From positions 756 to 64,755 of the forward strand of contig CAIJXG010000045.1 in assembly GCA_903824505.1 (NCBI GenBank): 64,000 nucleotides of DNA, read 5' to 3'. The stretch is from an uncultured Pseudomonadota bacterium. GTDB lineage: Bacteria; Pseudomonadota; Alphaproteobacteria; UBA9219. Under the pieces are notes generated by a model. That model did not search any database. It saw only the letters and a program-made list of their open reading frames with translations, and was not told the DNA's origin. Shown piece by piece: positions 29,816 through 39,092 of the stretch; within the stretch, counting starts at the first letter, position 1, and every line of letters begins with the position of its first letter. The translations under genes were made by a program, and so were the position numbers.

Positions 29816-30280
29816 ATGTCCTCTCCCCCATCTCTCCCGATGCAGGAGCTGCTGTCCCCGAAGGCCGTCTTGGCTTCCCTCAGCGCTTCCTCGAAAAAAG
29901 ACATCCTGAAAAGCATAGCGGAGGCTTCAGCCGCGCTGATTGCCAAGGATCCCTTGCCGATTTTTGACATTTTGTGGGAGCGTGAAAGGCTCGGAAGCAC
30001 AGGGGTCGGGAATGGAATTGCCATTCCGCATGGCCGCGTGCCGGGTGTGGAACAGGTTGTCGGATTCTTCGCCCGCCTCCCCCAGCCTGTTGATTTTGAA
30101 TCCGTGGACGAAAAGCCCGTGGATCTTGTGTTTCTTCTCCTTGCGCCTGAAGAGGCTGGAGCCGATCATTTGCACGCTTTGGCGACAATCTCGCGGCGCT
30201 TGCGCGATGCGGATCTCTGCGCCCGTCTGCGGGCCGCTAAGGATAGCCAAGAAATGTACGAGATTCTGACGGTGGAATAA
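29816..30280 (+). CDS. ptsN: PTS EIIA-Ntr nitrogen regulatory protein
   Basis: GIAIPHGRV (active-site His), DLVFLLLAPEE; 154 aa; directly downstream of hpf. Confidence 0.88.
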   Translation: MSSPPSLPMQELLSPKAVLASLSASSKKDILKSIAEASAALIAKDPLPIFDILWERERLGSTGVGNGIAIPHGRVPGVEQVVGFFARLPQPVDFESVDEKPVDLVFLLLAPEEAGADHLHALATISRRLRDADLCARLRAAKDSQEMYEILTVE

Positions 30281-30289
30281 GGGAAACCC

Positions 30290-31186
30290 TTGAGAAAAGG
30301 CGGCGTCCTCGCGCTCGGCAATTTCGACGGGCTTCATCTGGGTCATCGGCGCGTGATCGAGACGACCGTGGCCTTGGCGTTTGACAAAACATGCCCGGCG
30401 CAGGTTCTGACTTTCGCCCCCCACCCGCGCGCTTTTTTCAATCCTTCTTTACCACCTTTCCGACTGACTCCTGAGCCGGACAAAGATCGGTTGCTGAAGG
30501 CCTGCGGAATCGATGACATCCTTACGCTGCCCTTCACCCGCGCGCTGGCGGAGCTTGAAGCCGAATCATTTGTGCAAGACATTCTTTTGGATCGCTTGGG
30601 CGTTCGGCATGTCGTAGCTGGCGAAGAGTCTGTTTTCGGTTGTGCGCGCAGCGGGGATATGAAGAAATTAGCCGCGTGGCTCGCGCCCCATAAAATTGAT
30701 GTGACCGCTGTGCCCCCTGTCACCTGTGCCGATGGGCAGATTTTGTCTTCCTCGCGCATTCGCTCTTTTTTGGAAGCAGGGCAGCCGCGCGACGCGGCCC
30801 AGATTCTTGGCCGAGATTGGTCGATCTCGGGACCGGTGATCCGGGGGGCGGCCCGTGGACGCACGCTAGGCGTGCCGACAGCAAATATCGCGTTGGGTGA
30901 TTATCTGCGCCCCCGATTCGGCGTTTACGCGATAAAAGCAGGGCGTTTAGGAGAAGGTCTTTCTTACACTGGCGTTGCGAATATCGGCCTGCGCCCGACT
31001 TTCGGGGAGAGTGAGCCCAATTTGGAGGCGCATTTATTTGACTTCGCCCACGATATCTATGGCGAGTCATGGGAAATCGCCTTAATCGATTTCATCCGTC
31101 CCGAGCAGACTTTTCCTGATCTCAACGCTCTGCGCGCGCAAATTATTCAGGATCAAAAGACCGCGCGAGAGGTTCTTCAGGTCTAA
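30290..31186 (+). CDS. ribF: Bifunctional riboflavin kinase / FMN adenylyltransferase
   Basis: LALGNFDGLHLGHRRVI (FAD synthetase motif) and C-terminal riboflavin-kinase domain (GVPTANI...GVY...E); 298 aa. Confidence 0.9.
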   Translation: MRKGGVLALGNFDGLHLGHRRVIETTVALAFDKTCPAQVLTFAPHPRAFFNPSLPPFRLTPEPDKDRLLKACGIDDILTLPFTRALAELEAESFVQDILLDRLGVRHVVAGEESVFGCARSGDMKKLAAWLAPHKIDVTAVPPVTCADGQILSSSRIRSFLEAGQPRDAAQILGRDWSISGPVIRGAARGRTLGVPTANIALGDYLRPRFGVYAIKAGRLGEGLSYTGVANIGLRPTFGESEPNLEAHLFDFAHDIYGESWEIALIDFIRPEQTFPDLNALRAQIIQDQKTAREVLQV

Positions 31187-31332
31187 GGTGTGTCTTTTTA
31201 GCCATAGTGCGGAAAACTTTGCGAAAAAGATGAAAAGACCGTTGACGCTTGGAAGTGGGCATGCTCTCTTCGGATCAATCTCTGACGGCTCTTTCTTGAG
31301 CCCGATCTAAACTCCATGGAAAGGATCCTGCT

Positions 31333-31581
31333 ATGCGTTCAATGAAACTGTTGGCTGCCACGGCGTTGGTAGCAGCTTTGGTTGCCGGCCCCGCTTTGGC
31401 TCAAGAAGAAGGCGCGTCAATGGCGCCAGCTCCTGCGGCTGAATCGGCTGCGCCTGCGGCGCCTGCGAAGGCGGCCCACAAGGCTCACCACAAGAAGCAT
31501 GCCACGAAGAAGCATGCCCACAAGAAGGCGGCTGCTCCTGCGGAAGCTGCGCCTGAAGCCGCTCCTGCTACGGCTCAGTAA
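31333..31581 (+). CDS. Small secreted Ala/Pro/Lys/His-rich protein
   Basis: Signal peptide MRSMKLLAATALVAALVAGPALA, then low-complexity AHKAHHKKHATKKHAHKK; followed by a strong terminator. Confidence 0.55.
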   Translation: MRSMKLLAATALVAALVAGPALAQEEGASMAPAPAAESAAPAAPAKAAHKAHHKKHATKKHAHKKAAAPAEAAPEAAPATAQ

Positions 31582-31606
31582 GCCTAATTGTCGCAAGACA
31601 AAGAGA

Positions 31607-31646
31607 AACCGCCGCGCTTGGGACGTCCGCGCGGCGGTTTTTTTGT
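31607..31646 (+). terminator. Rho-independent terminator
   Basis: aaccgccgcgc-ttgggacgtcc-gcgcggcggtt followed by TTTTTTT. Confidence 0.85.
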
Positions 31647-31739
31647 GCCTTAAGGACTCGTGAGGGCCGTTTACTTCGCCGCTTCCTCATGCGAAAAGTT
31701 AGAAAGCTTGCGGCTCTTTAGAGATTCTCCTTTCCCTGT

Positions 31740-32846
31740 ATGCGCCCTCTTTTTATCCTTCTTCTTTTGTTCTTTTTTGTGTCTCCGGCTTTCGCGGGGA
31801 CGGTCGATCAGCTGCGCACCATCGAAGCGCAACTGAGCCAAAGTCAGCAGCAGAAACAGGCGCTTGACACAGACGAACAGCAAGCGGCGGCGATCCTTGC
31901 TGAGTTGCGGCAGAAATTGATTGCGGCCACTGAAGCGTTACAGGAAAAACAGAACGACCTGCAGGTGCTGGAAGACAGGCTAACGACTCTGGCAACGCAA
32001 ATTGATCGCAAAAGCAAAGAGCTGGCGCAAGAGCGCCAAAGACTCTCTGCCACGCTGTCGGTCCTTATGGAGGTTGCCAGTCGTCCGCCGGAAAGCCTGT
32101 TTTTACAGAATCAGACGACAGCGGATCACATTCATCGCAGCCTTCTTTTAAAGGCGATTATTCCCGTTTTGAAGGATCAGGCCGAGCGTGCTGCGCGGGA
32201 TCTTGAAACTCTTTATGATATGAAGGCGCAATTGGCTGCGGAGCGCACACTGGCCACGGCGGCTGAGGAAAATCTGGAGCATCAGCAAAAAGATCTCTCA
32301 CAACTGATCGCGGCGCGGCAAGGCGCGTTGCAGCGAACCGAGGCTCAAAAAGCCCAAATCGCAGAACATTTGGCCGGATTGGCGGTTGAGGCGCGGGATT
32401 TGCGGCAACTCATGCAAAAAATCGCGCCCAAGCGCTCCCTGCCCCACATAAAAGAGGGCGCGGCCTCTGTCGCTTTAAAATGGCCCGTTTCAGGGAGTCT
32501 GTTGCGACATTATGGCGAGAAGGATGCCGATGGGGTTGTGAGTGAAGGGATCACGCTCACGGCGCCTTCAGGCGCGCCAATCGTCGCACCCTATGGGGGG
32601 AAGGTTGTTTTCGTCGGCCTGTTTCGTGGCTATGGACATATCGTGATCTTGCAGCATGAGGGCGGGTATCACAGCCTTCTGTCGGGCTTTGGCCGCATTG
32701 ATACCGAAATGGGCCAAGAGGTCGACGCCGGAGAACCCCTAGGAGTCCTGCCCGTGAAAGTGGGTGTGCGGCAGAATCTGTATTTTGAATGGCGGCGCGG
32801 GGAAAAACCCCAAGACCCTGAAAATGGTTTGGCGGCAAGACCGTAA
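31740..32846 (+). CDS. EnvC-like murein hydrolase activator (coiled-coil plus M23 peptidase domain)
   Basis: Signal peptide, long Gln/Leu/Ala coiled coil, C-terminal M23/LytM domain (GITLTAPSGAPIVAPYGGKVVFVG...GHIVILQHEGGYHSL); 368 aa. Confidence 0.85.
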   Translation: MRPLFILLLLFFFVSPAFAGTVDQLRTIEAQLSQSQQQKQALDTDEQQAAAILAELRQKLIAATEALQEKQNDLQVLEDRLTTLATQIDRKSKELAQERQRLSATLSVLMEVASRPPESLFLQNQTTADHIHRSLLLKAIIPVLKDQAERAARDLETLYDMKAQLAAERTLATAAEENLEHQQKDLSQLIAARQGALQRTEAQKAQIAEHLAGLAVEARDLRQLMQKIAPKRSLPHIKEGAASVALKWPVSGSLLRHYGEKDADGVVSEGITLTAPSGAPIVAPYGGKVVFVGLFRGYGHIVILQHEGGYHSLLSGFGRIDTEMGQEVDAGEPLGVLPVKVGVRQNLYFEWRRGEKPQDPENGLAARP

Positions 32847-33050
32847 GGTTCACCCCAAAAACATATGGCCTTTAACCCTGTTGCCGTATCGCTTTATACG
32901 GTTTGGCACCAAGTGAGGTCTTAAAAATTTGTTAACAACCCGCGCTTTTACCTTGTTGCGCCCTCAAATTTCTTTCCCCCCTTTTATCCTTTTTGTGATA
33001 GGATGAGTCCCTGCACAATTGATCACCCCTCAACCTTTAGGAGATCAGCT

Positions 33051-33233
33051 ATGGCGCTTCAGAATCGTATTGACTCCCTTAAGAAACAGCATGAAAAACT
33101 TGACCGCATGATCCATGAGGAGGAGATTCGCCCGGGCTCGGACGACTCGCTTCTGCACAAACTAAAGGCGCAAAAATTGGCGCTGAAAGATGAAATCGAA
33201 CGCCTTGTCCAAGGCGATCGGGTCGCGGCCTGA
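33051..33233 (+). CDS. DUF465 (YdcH-like) small protein
   Basis: MALQNRIDSLKKQHEKLDRMIHEEE...; RBS aggag 8 bp upstream of the ATG at 33051. The ORF track start at 33003 is a 5' over-extension. Confidence 0.7.
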   Translation: MALQNRIDSLKKQHEKLDRMIHEEEIRPGSDDSLLHKLKAQKLALKDEIERLVQGDRVAA

Positions 33234-33248
33234 TATACACTCACGTCT

Positions 33249-33278
33249 AAAGACCCGGCGTCCGCCGGGTCTTTTTTT
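33249..33278 (+). terminator. Rho-independent terminator
   Basis: aagacccggcg-tccg-ccgggtctt followed by TTTTTTT. Confidence 0.8.
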
Positions 33279-33336
33279 GGCCATGATTCTGTGGCACGGT
33301 TTCTCTCCTTTCCGCTTTTGTCTGGATTTCTCGCTC

Positions 33337-34473
33337 ATGGATTCTCTGCTCTCTCTCCTTACCCATTACGCGCTGCCCTTTATTCTGGTTCTCAGCGTGG
33401 TCGTTTTTGCTCACGAATTTGGTCATTATTGGGTTGCGCGGCGCTGTGGCATTCGGGTTGTTTCTTTCTCGATTGGCTTTGGACGGCCTTTATTCGGTTG
33501 GACCGATTCGCACGGCACACACTGGCAGATCGCTTGGCTGCCGATGGGCGGCTATGTCAAAATGTTCGGCGATGCGGATCCCGCCAGCACACCTGACGCA
33601 TCGGTTAAGGAAATGACGGAAGAGGAGAAAAAAGTCTCCTTCTTCCATCAGTCTGTCGAAAAACGCTTCGCGACCGTAGCGGCGGGGCCTTTGGCGAATT
33701 ATGTGTTTGCGATTGTAGTTTTGGCGGTCTTGTTTGTTTTTCAAGGACAGCCTTTTTCTTCCCCTGTCATCAGCGGTGTGCAGGAAAACAGCGTGGCGGC
33801 ACATGCGGGCATCGTCCCGGGCGACAAATTTTTGTTCATCGACTCGCACCGCATCGACCGGTTCGAGGATATCAAACGGCTGATCGCGCTGAATGTCGGC
33901 TCGCCCGTCACCGTTCGTCTAGAAAAAGACGGAATCCAGCGCACGCTGACTCTGACGCCTGAAGTCGTGACGCAAAAAGATCGGTTCGGGGGAGAACATC
34001 CTCTGGGGCGGATTGGCGTTGTTTCGGACAGGCTGGAATACAAGAAATGGTCGCCTGTGGAAGCGCTGGGGCATGCCGCGGTCGAGACGTGGACTCTGAC
34101 CACCGACACGCTGCGCGGGGTCGGACAGATGATTATGGGCACACGAGGCGCCGATGAAATTGGAGGGCCCTTGCGGATTGCAGAAATGTCCGGCCATGTG
34201 GCCCAAGACGGCGCATGGGCTCTTTTGTGGTTTATGGCGGTGATTTCAATCAATCTGGGGCTGATCAACTTGTTTCCCGTCCCGCTTTTGGATGGGGGGC
34301 ATCTGTTTTTCTTCGTTATCGAAAAACTCTTTCGCCGTCCTTTGCATGAAAAGGCGCAAGAGATTGGGTTCAAAATTGGCCTTGCCCTTATCGGCTCCCT
34401 GATGCTGTTTGCGACATGGAACGATCTGGTTCATTTAGAGGTGATCAGCAAGATCCAGAAGATGCTTTCTTGA
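33337..34473 (+). CDS. rseP: RIP metalloprotease RseP (site-2 protease)
   Basis: HEFGHYWVARRCGI (HExxH in TM1), PDZ domain, LINLFPVPLLDGGH (LDG motif). Start trimmed to the ATG at 33337, because the track start at 33190 overlaps the upstream gene and its terminator. Confidence 0.88.
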   Translation: MDSLLSLLTHYALPFILVLSVVVFAHEFGHYWVARRCGIRVVSFSIGFGRPLFGWTDSHGTHWQIAWLPMGGYVKMFGDADPASTPDASVKEMTEEEKKVSFFHQSVEKRFATVAAGPLANYVFAIVVLAVLFVFQGQPFSSPVISGVQENSVAAHAGIVPGDKFLFIDSHRIDRFEDIKRLIALNVGSPVTVRLEKDGIQRTLTLTPEVVTQKDRFGGEHPLGRIGVVSDRLEYKKWSPVEALGHAAVETWTLTTDTLRGVGQMIMGTRGADEIGGPLRIAEMSGHVAQDGAWALLWFMAVISINLGLINLFPVPLLDGGHLFFFVIEKLFRRPLHEKAQEIGFKIGLALIGSLMLFATWNDLVHLEVISKIQKMLS

Positions 34474-34540
34474 GCGTTCGTTTTCTCTTCTCCCCCTTTC
34501 GCGCCGCTTGTGATAGTGAAAAGACGATTCTTCCTGATTT

Positions 34541-35410
34541 TTGCGCCCGATGAGACAGCCAAAATCCCCCCTTCGCAGCGCCGCATCTTCGGCCAAACCC
34601 TCCCGCACGCGTGGGCGAGAGGGGAACGGAAAGAGAAGACTAAGAAAGCTTGGGATTTTTTTAGGCGCCCTCTTGCTTCTTGCCGGAACGGGGAGTCTTT
34701 TCTGGCATCTCGGCTGGCCACAGAAATTGGCCCGACATGGTGAATTGGCTCTCTTGTCTGTCACCAAAAATATCGGGTTTGAACTTCGCGATGTTACAGT
34801 AACGGGGCGCGTGCAAGCCCAAAAAGACGCTCTTTATGATGCCATCGGCGCGGCACGAGGGATGCCGATTTTTGCTTTTGATCCTGAATTGGCGGCTCAA
34901 AGGCTGCGTCAGCTGCCTTGGCTGGCGAACGTCATCATCGAGCGCCGTCTACCCGATACCATTTCTGTGACCTTGTTTGAACGCGCCCCCATCGCGCGGT
35001 GGCAGCATGAGCGTCAAATGGATGTGCTGGATGAAAATGGCCATCCAATCCCCGATGTTAGTCCGGACAGTTTTGCCCCGCTGCCTCTTGTGGTGGGAAC
35101 GGGAGCTGACAGCGCGGTCAAGGCATTGCTTTCGGTTTTAAAAACTTATCCAACAATCCAAGAAAAAACGGACTCGGCGGTTCGGGTGGGCGAACGACGC
35201 TGGGATTTGCATCTGAAACAGGGTATCATTGTACGTCTGCCCGAGCAGGATGTTGGGGCTGCGCTGCGCCGTCTATCGATTCTGATCGAGCAGCAAGGGA
35301 TCCTCGATCGCGCTATTGCCACCGTGGATCTGCGTTTGTCTGACCGCCTGACCATTGAACCCCTTGCCCCTGTTCAGCCCGCGCAGACCAAGAGGGGAGT
35401 CCTTCCATGA
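34541..35410 (+). CDS. ftsQ: Cell division protein FtsQ
   Basis: Single TM segment, POTRA (VTGRVQAQKDALYDAIG...IFAFDPELAAQRLRQLPWLANVIIERRLPDTISVTLFER); 289 aa; followed by ftsA. Confidence 0.85.
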   Translation: MRPMRQPKSPLRSAASSAKPSRTRGREGNGKRRLRKLGIFLGALLLLAGTGSLFWHLGWPQKLARHGELALLSVTKNIGFELRDVTVTGRVQAQKDALYDAIGAARGMPIFAFDPELAAQRLRQLPWLANVIIERRLPDTISVTLFERAPIARWQHERQMDVLDENGHPIPDVSPDSFAPLPLVVGTGADSAVKALLSVLKTYPTIQEKTDSAVRVGERRWDLHLKQGIIVRLPEQDVGAALRRLSILIEQQGILDRAIATVDLRLSDRLTIEPLAPVQPAQTKRGVLP

Positions 35411-36786
35411 AACAACAGCTTAAAAACCTTCTTCTCCCCTCTTCCCGCCGCGCGGACGGGGATCTTTATGGAGCTCTTGATATCGGCTCCAGCAAAATTG
35501 TGTGTTTTATCGCGCGGGCCTCCGGACACGAAACGCCGCGCATTGTAGGAATTGGGCATCAGTTGGCGGAAGGCATGAAGCAAGGCGCTGTATCAAACAT
35601 GGAGGCCCTTCAATATGCCATTAGTCAAGCCGTCGGCGCGGCCGAGGATATGGCGGGAGAGACTCTCCAGCAGGTCACGATCAATATTGCAGGGGTGCAT
35701 CTAACATCGCATCGCGCCGAGCTTGAGCTTTCCTTGAACAGCCACGAGGTGACGGAAAATGATCTAGCGCGGATTCAGGCGCAAGGCCCCGCGATGCTGC
35801 CCGATGATCCTCACGGAGGGCCTGCGACTGAGCTTTTGCATAACCTGCCTGTTTCTTACGCTCTTGATGATCAAAAAGGCATCCGCGATCCGCTTGGCAT
35901 GACCGGAAATTTGCTCCGTGGGCAGATGCATCTGGTTTCGGCGCGTTTTGGCGCGCTTCGGACTTTGGAAACGGTGATTGCGCGGTGTCATTTGGATATT
36001 GCTGGGCGGGTAGCGGCACCTTATGCCAGCGGGCTTGCCTGTTTAGTTGAAGATGAAATGGAACTGGGAAGCGTGGTCATTGATATGGGCGCAGGGACAA
36101 CCAGTTTTGCGCTTTTCTTCGATGGTCACATGATTTACGCAGGCGGCGTTCCTTTGGGAGGTGCGCATGTCACAAGCGATATCGCGCGGGGGCTTACAAC
36201 TTCTGTCACTCAAGCCGAACGGTTGAAGACTCTCTACGGCCATGCGACTCCCAGCCCGATGGATTCGCGCGACATGATCGAGGTTCCCTTGGTTGGCGAG
36301 GAGGAATCCGAAGACCCCAACACGGTGCCCAAGGCGCATCTGATCCGAATCATTCAGCCGCGGATCGAGGAAACGCTGGAGCTTGTCCGCGCGAAGATTG
36401 AGCAAAGCGGTTTCGCGGCGCAAGCGGGACGACGCGTCGTACTAACGGGCGGCGCAAGCCAGCTTTCCGGCGTGCGTGAACTTGCCCAACGTGTATTGGA
36501 TAAACAGGTTCGCTTGGGGCGCCCTTTGCGCGTGGCGCGGCATGATACTCAAGGAGGAGGAGGGGGGGGAGGAGGAGGAGGGGGACGAAGCGTGGGCGCG
36601 GCTTTTACAGGATTGGCCGAGTCGACCTCAGGCCCCGCTTTTGCGACAACGGCCGGACTGCTCGCGGTTGCGATGCAGCCCGAATGGGCCGGTTTCATGG
36701 CACCGACTTCCGGCTTTTCAACCCGTCTGAGAGGGGGGGGGACCGTGATCAACCGCCTGAAACGGTGGATCAGACAGAATGTGTAG
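35407..36786 (+). CDS. ftsA: Cell division protein FtsA (with a 13-residue poly-Gly insertion)
   Basis: LDIGSSKIVCFIARAS... is the actin-fold N-terminus; 459 aa. Contains TQGGGGGGGGGGGGRS encoded by a GGA/GGG repeat at about 36550-36588. No ftsZ downstream. Confidence 0.88.
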   Translation: MKQQLKNLLLPSSRRADGDLYGALDIGSSKIVCFIARASGHETPRIVGIGHQLAEGMKQGAVSNMEALQYAISQAVGAAEDMAGETLQQVTINIAGVHLTSHRAELELSLNSHEVTENDLARIQAQGPAMLPDDPHGGPATELLHNLPVSYALDDQKGIRDPLGMTGNLLRGQMHLVSARFGALRTLETVIARCHLDIAGRVAAPYASGLACLVEDEMELGSVVIDMGAGTTSFALFFDGHMIYAGGVPLGGAHVTSDIARGLTTSVTQAERLKTLYGHATPSPMDSRDMIEVPLVGEEESEDPNTVPKAHLIRIIQPRIEETLELVRAKIEQSGFAAQAGRRVVLTGGASQLSGVRELAQRVLDKQVRLGRPLRVARHDTQGGGGGGGGGGGRSVGAAFTGLAESTSGPAFATTAGLLAVAMQPEWAGFMAPTSGFSTRLRGGGTVINRLKRWIRQNV

Positions 36787-36798
36787 GGGATCCTTTTA

Positions 36799-36918
36799 TA
36801 TACTCGGTTTCCTTGGAAAGCCGAGTATTCGATTCCGTGCAAAACACGCGCTCAGCGAAGCTGATGCGCCTTTTGCGCGGATGAAACTTAAGGGGTTCCT
36901 TCGGTGCCCAAGTATACT
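36799..36918. repeat. MITE-like repeat family A, full copy
   Basis: tatactcggtttccttggaaagccgagtattcgattccgtgcaaaacacgcgctcagcgaagctgatgcgccttttgcgcggatgaaacttaaggggttccttcggtgcccaagtatact. Confidence 0.92.
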
Positions 36919-37068
36919 GCGAGACGTTACAGGCTAAACTTTTTGCTCAACACCACGCGCCCTGCGTCCTGAGTGCCGCTGGCCGGACTTGGTCTTTATT
37001 TTGCGTCATCTTTTCCTGTCCGGCGCGCGGCAATCCTGTCGCAACCGCTCGGGACACAAAAGGCTAAC

Positions 37069-37839
37069 TTAGGACGTGGTGCGGTATAGAAACGCCGTTA
37101 TTTCTTCCGAAACGTCGGCAGGAGACGTTCGGTCTATGAAGGGATGGCGGAAGGGAACCCACTGAAAGCGGTTATACCACAAGGTGCCTTGATGGGGGGG
37201 CTGGGCATAATCGTAGGCTGCCAGAGGACGATAGCTTTCCTGATCCACCCGCAAGGAGGAAAGATTTCTCCGCTCGGACGCATAGATATCAAGAGCTTTC
37301 TGTTTGGCCCTGCGTTCCTCGGGCGATAGCGTAAAGAGCCGCGCTGTTTCATCCCATGAAATGAAAGTCTGAGATTGCACCCGCGCGGCAAAATAGGTGT
37401 AAACCGCAAATTCAAGCACGCTTCGGCCTTTTTTTAACTGTGCCCCGAGGGCGTTGAGCGCATCGTGATCGGGATTGCCGCCTTCATAGGCTGGAACCCA
37501 GACCTGATCCGGGCGGTGCACGGCCATCATTTTTTGGACTTCGGCATAAACGTCAGAAACATTCCGCCACAAATGGCGGGCCGGACGGTCTGACCACCCA
37601 ACGGGAGTCAGCCCTAGGAAAAGCGCCGCGGATTCGGCTTCCGCCCGCCGCTTTTGCACGCGTTCCTCATGGTGTTTCCGCTGCCACGGCCACAAAACAG
37701 GACGATCCAGACAGCCATTGGTCAGATAAAGGGCTGAGACGCGGGCCCCTTGAGCCTTCGCGCGTCCAATCGCCGCGCCGCACATGACAACCTCGTCATC
37801 AGGGTGAGGCACAAGGATAAGGATATTCTTACCGAACAT
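37069..37839 (-). CDS. PIG-L/LmbE family N-acetylglucosaminyl deacetylase
   Basis: ILILVPHPDDEVVMCGAAI is the LmbE HPDDE metal-binding motif. Start trimmed to the ATG at 37839, because the track ORF extends through a MITE fragment. Confidence 0.75.
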   Translation of the reverse strand: MFGKNILILVPHPDDEVVMCGAAIGRAKAQGARVSALYLTNGCLDRPVLWPWQRKHHEERVQKRRAEAESAALFLGLTPVGWSDRPARHLWRNVSDVYAEVQKMMAVHRPDQVWVPAYEGGNPDHDALNALGAQLKKGRSVLEFAVYTYFAARVQSQTFISWDETARLFTLSPEERRAKQKALDIYASERRNLSSLRVDQESYRPLAAYDYAQPPHQGTLWYNRFQWVPFRHPFIDRTSPADVSEEITAFLYRTTS

Positions 37840-37877
37840 AGACACTGCTCCGGAAGAAGGGAGGCCAAGAAAGATAG

Positions 37878-37905
37878 ACGCGGTTTCCTTGGAAAGCCGA
37901 GTATA
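37878..37905. repeat. MITE-like repeat family A, terminal-hairpin fragment
   Basis: cgcggtttccttggaaagccgagtatag. Confidence 0.75.
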
Positions 37906-37913
37906 GAGGGCGA

Positions 37914-39092
37914 CTAAATCAAACCATCCCCATTCGCCTTTTCCCATGTGTCGCGCCAGACGACAAGCGCCTCCGCGCTCATCGGACGAGCAATAAAGAA
38001 GCCTTGGGCAAAGTCGCAGCCTTTTTCGCGGAGCATTTCCCAGCTGCGCTGATTCTCAACGCCTTCCGCGATGACTTTCAACCCCAGATTATGCCCCAGA
38101 TCCACGATGGAATTCACGATCACGGCACAGTCGCGGTTCGAGGTCATGTCGGTGACGAATCCTTTATCGATTTTCATTTCGCTGAAGGGCATGCGCTGCA
38201 ACTCGCGCAAAGAAGAATGCCCTGTGCCAAAATCATCAATCGAGACGCCGATGTTCCGCAGCCGCATGCGCAAAAGCACATCCATCGTCCGCGTGACATC
38301 GCGCATGGCCTCGGTCTCGGTCACTTCCAGAATAAGCCGATCCGTGGGGATGTCATGCGCCTTGCACAGCTCGCTGATCTTGTCGGGAAGGGTCAGATCC
38401 AAAAGGGTTGTCGCCGTCACATTCAAAGCAATAGTCAGATTAATTCCGGCACGCCGCCAGAGCGAAGACTGATGAACGGCCGTCTTGACGACGAAATCCG
38501 TTAAGGCTTGGATAAGCCCATCTTGCACGACTTTCTCGAGAAACTCATCGGGAGAAAGCAGGCCGCGTTCCGGATGTTGCCAGCGCACCAACGCCTCGAC
38601 CCCTTTGATGCGCCGCGTGGCGATGTCGACAATCGGTTGGTAGTAAAGCGTGAATTGTCCCGACGCGATGGCGCCGGCGTGATCTTCCGGCGTTTGCGCC
38701 GCGTTGGACAGGGAATCAAAAAATCCATTCAGCGCAGAAACCGCCAAAGGTTTTTCCATTGCAGCCACGACATTCAACCCATGCGCGCCTCCTAAGCGGC
38801 GCGCGCTGTTTAACACACGAGAATCGCTGCCGCTGATCAAGCAGAGTCTTGTGTCTTTGGCCTTCGTTGCAAGGAGCCGCAACAGCTCGACCCCGTCCGT
38901 TCCTGGCATCATGAGGTCCAGCATGATGATGTCAGGCGTAAACTCGTCCAACGCCTGAGGGACGGCTTCCGCATTGCTCACAGCATGCGCCTCTAACCCA
39001 CGGCGTTCCGCCACTTCGGCGATCAAATCGCAGATATCTTCTTCGTCATCAATGACCAAGAGGCGTAAAGGGGGCATAAGGACTTCTTTCAT
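37914..39092 (-). CDS. Response regulator with receiver and EAL (c-di-GMP phosphodiesterase) domains
   Basis: REC (LLVIDDEEDI...DIIMLDLMMPGTDG) and EAL (QPIVD...EALVRW, DDFGTGHSSL, EGVE); 392 aa. The ATGA start overlaps the upstream kinase stop. Confidence 0.88.
   Translation of the reverse strand: MKEVLMPPLRLLVIDDEEDICDLIAEVAERRGLEAHAVSNAEAVPQALDEFTPDIIMLDLMMPGTDGVELLRLLATKAKDTRLCLISGSDSRVLNSARRLGGAHGLNVVAAMEKPLAVSALNGFFDSLSNAAQTPEDHAGAIASGQFTLYYQPIVDIATRRIKGVEALVRWQHPERGLLSPDEFLEKVVQDGLIQALTDFVVKTAVHQSSLWRRAGINLTIALNVTATTLLDLTLPDKISELCKAHDIPTDRLILEVTETEAMRDVTRTMDVLLRMRLRNIGVSIDDFGTGHSSLRELQRMPFSEMKIDKGFVTDMTSNRDCAVIVNSIVDLGHNLGLKVIAEGVENQRSWEMLREKGCDFAQGFFIARPMSAEALVVWRDTWEKANGDGLI

Noticed and set aside
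31382-31663. Alternative-frame ORF (93 aa, Arg/Leu-rich) overlapping the small secreted protein gene
   Set aside because: It is a frame-shifted reading of the Ala/Pro/Lys-rich repeat. The signal-peptide-containing frame at 31333..31581, followed by a terminator, is more plausible.
33190-33336. 5' extensions of the rseP, PIG-L (37840..37947) and mltA (58504..58872) ORFs in the track
   Set aside because: The extensions run through upstream terminators or MITE copies. Conserved N-termini, RBS signals and a lipoprotein signal support the internal start codons.
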